DNA of 63,312 nucleotides, counting the filler, from Octopus bimaculoides (lineage: Eukaryota): assembly GCF_001194135.2 (NCBI RefSeq). It is 4 parts of 4 records of this genome, joined end to end, with 100 filler letters (N's around TTAATTAATTAA, not from the genome) between each part and the next. Parts side by side here need not be neighbours in the genome. Positions count along the whole stretch, not along the records: positions 61,320 to 63,312 come from NC_068987.1; 3 more parts are not named here. One strand, given 5' to 3'. The position numbers and the translations under genes are program-made. Each line of letters opens with the position of its first letter. Positions within the stretch are counted from its first letter, which is position 1. Under the pieces are notes generated by a model. That model ran no database searches. It was not told the origin of the DNA and saw nothing but the letters and a program-made list of their open reading frames with translations. Below are positions 61,950 through 63,312 of this stretch, piece by piece.

Positions 61950-61950
<1 letters not shown>
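61615..61950 (-). mobile_element. Helentron-associated non-autonomous element (DINE-1/HINE-like), 5' subTIR missing
   Basis: Minus strand order: (GTTT)n tract (61938-61923), core with 12-bp palindrome tccggtaccgga (61810-61821), subTIR-like ccttggtggagatt (61650-61637), 3' hairpin gcgctc-tct-gagtgc (61635-61621), terminal cttgt. Confidence 0.65.
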
Positions 61951-61991
<41 letters not shown>

Positions 61992-62689
61992 NNNNNNNNN
62001 NNNNNNNNNNNNNNNNNNNNNNNNNNNNNNNNNNNNNNNNNNNNNNNNNNNNNNNNNNNNNNNNNNNNNNNNNNNNNNNNNNNNNNNNNNNNNNNNNNNN
62101 NNNNNNNNNNNNNNNNNNNNNNNNNNNNNNNNNNNNNNNNNNNNNNNNNNNNNNNNNNNNNNNNNNNNNNNNNNNNNNNNNNNNNNNNNNNNNNNNNNNN
62201 NNNNNNNNNNNNNNNNNNNNNNNNNNNNNNNNNNNNNNNNNNNNNNNNNNNNNNNNNNNNNNNNNNNNNNNNNNNNNNNNNNNNNNNNNNNNNNNNNNNN
62301 NNNNNNNNNNNNNNNNNNNNNNNNNNNNNNNNNNNNNNNNNNNNNNNNNNNNNNNNNNNNNNNNNNNNNNNNNNNNNNNNNNNNNNNNNNNNNNNNNNNN
62401 NNNNNNNNNNNNNNNNNNNNNNNNNNNNNNNNNNNNNNNNNNNNNNNNNNNNNNNNNNNNNNNNNNNNNNNNNNNNNNNNNNNNNNNNNNNNNNNNNNNN
62501 NNNNNNNNNNNNNNNNNNNNNNNNNNNNNNNNNNNNNNNNNNNNNNNNNNNNNNNNNNNNNNNNNNNNNNNNNNNNNNNNNNNNNNNNNNNNNNNNNNNN
62601 NNNNNNNNNNNNNNNNNNNNNNNNNNNNNNNNNNNNNNNNNNNNNNNNNNNNNNNNNNNNNNNNNNNNATGCACGGCTCTCACACTCAA

Positions 62690-62785
<96 letters not shown>

Positions 62786-62787
62786 TG

Positions 62788-62822
<35 letters not shown>

Positions 62823-62882
62823 GATGACGATGATGATGATGATGATTATGATGATGATGATGATGAAGATGATGAGGATGAT
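62690..62882. repeat. Compound (ACT)n-(AAT)n-(GAT)n microsatellite
   Basis: In-register transition between single-base-variant trinucleotide units. Confidence 0.97.
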
Positions 62883-63312
62883 TTTTTAAAATAAATAGCG
62901 CTATGTACAAGAAATAGGAAATAAAAATTATAAATAATGAATATAAATATATAAAAAGAAAGGAAAGAAAGAGCGTGAAAACAATCTTTGAAATATAATA
63001 AATGAAACGGGTAGTTTACTTCCTCACCGTCCATCAATACAAGAACAAGAACAAGAACAAGAAGAACAACAACAACAACAGCAGCAACAATAACAATTAA
63101 AGACAATAAGGACAGTATTATCGCTAAGAACAACAACAGTGCCACGACCACCTATAACGATTCCACCAACGACATAACCACTGCCACCACCACAAAGAAC
63201 ATCAGCACACCATTACAAGTACCACCATCACCTAAACCTCCAGCACCACCACCACTACAACCACCACTGCCGCCATCGCCGCCACGACGACGACGACGAC
63301 GACCACCACCAC

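Overview
Non-coding, AT-rich eukaryotic DNA, very rich in microsatellites, with many N gaps. The repeat families look like those of an octopus genome (inference from the SINE, LINE and microsatellite landscape; no database search was possible). I cannot confidently identify any host protein-coding exon, rRNA, intact tRNA gene or CRISPR array. Almost all ORFs in the supplied track are microsatellite, satellite or gap read-through. The window is also four scaffold pieces joined by artificial 44N-TTAATTAATTAA-44N linkers (30313-30412, 57430-57529, 61220-61319). Interpretable content: (1) about 35 copies of three modular tRNA-derived SINE families; (2) four 3' ends of a CR1/L2-type LINE sharing a co-varying 3' stem-loop with SINE family A; (3) two Penelope-like element (PLE) fragments, an RT-thumb/linker piece at 24980-25522(-) and a 3' end at 341-790(-); the latter carries a tRNA-like Pol III promoter directly upstream of a minimal type I hammerhead ribozyme motif, the most interesting object here; (4) a decayed Tc1 left end and a Helentron-associated (DINE-1/HINE-like) element; (5) a 558-bp unclassified repeat embedded in (AAT)n; (6) a 121-nt near-perfect hairpin; (7) a 3.5-kb CpG-dense (TWCG)n satellite with a ~1-kb higher-order period and an internal fold-back. 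A few weak minus-strand splice and promoter signals may belong to a long-intron host gene but are speculative.
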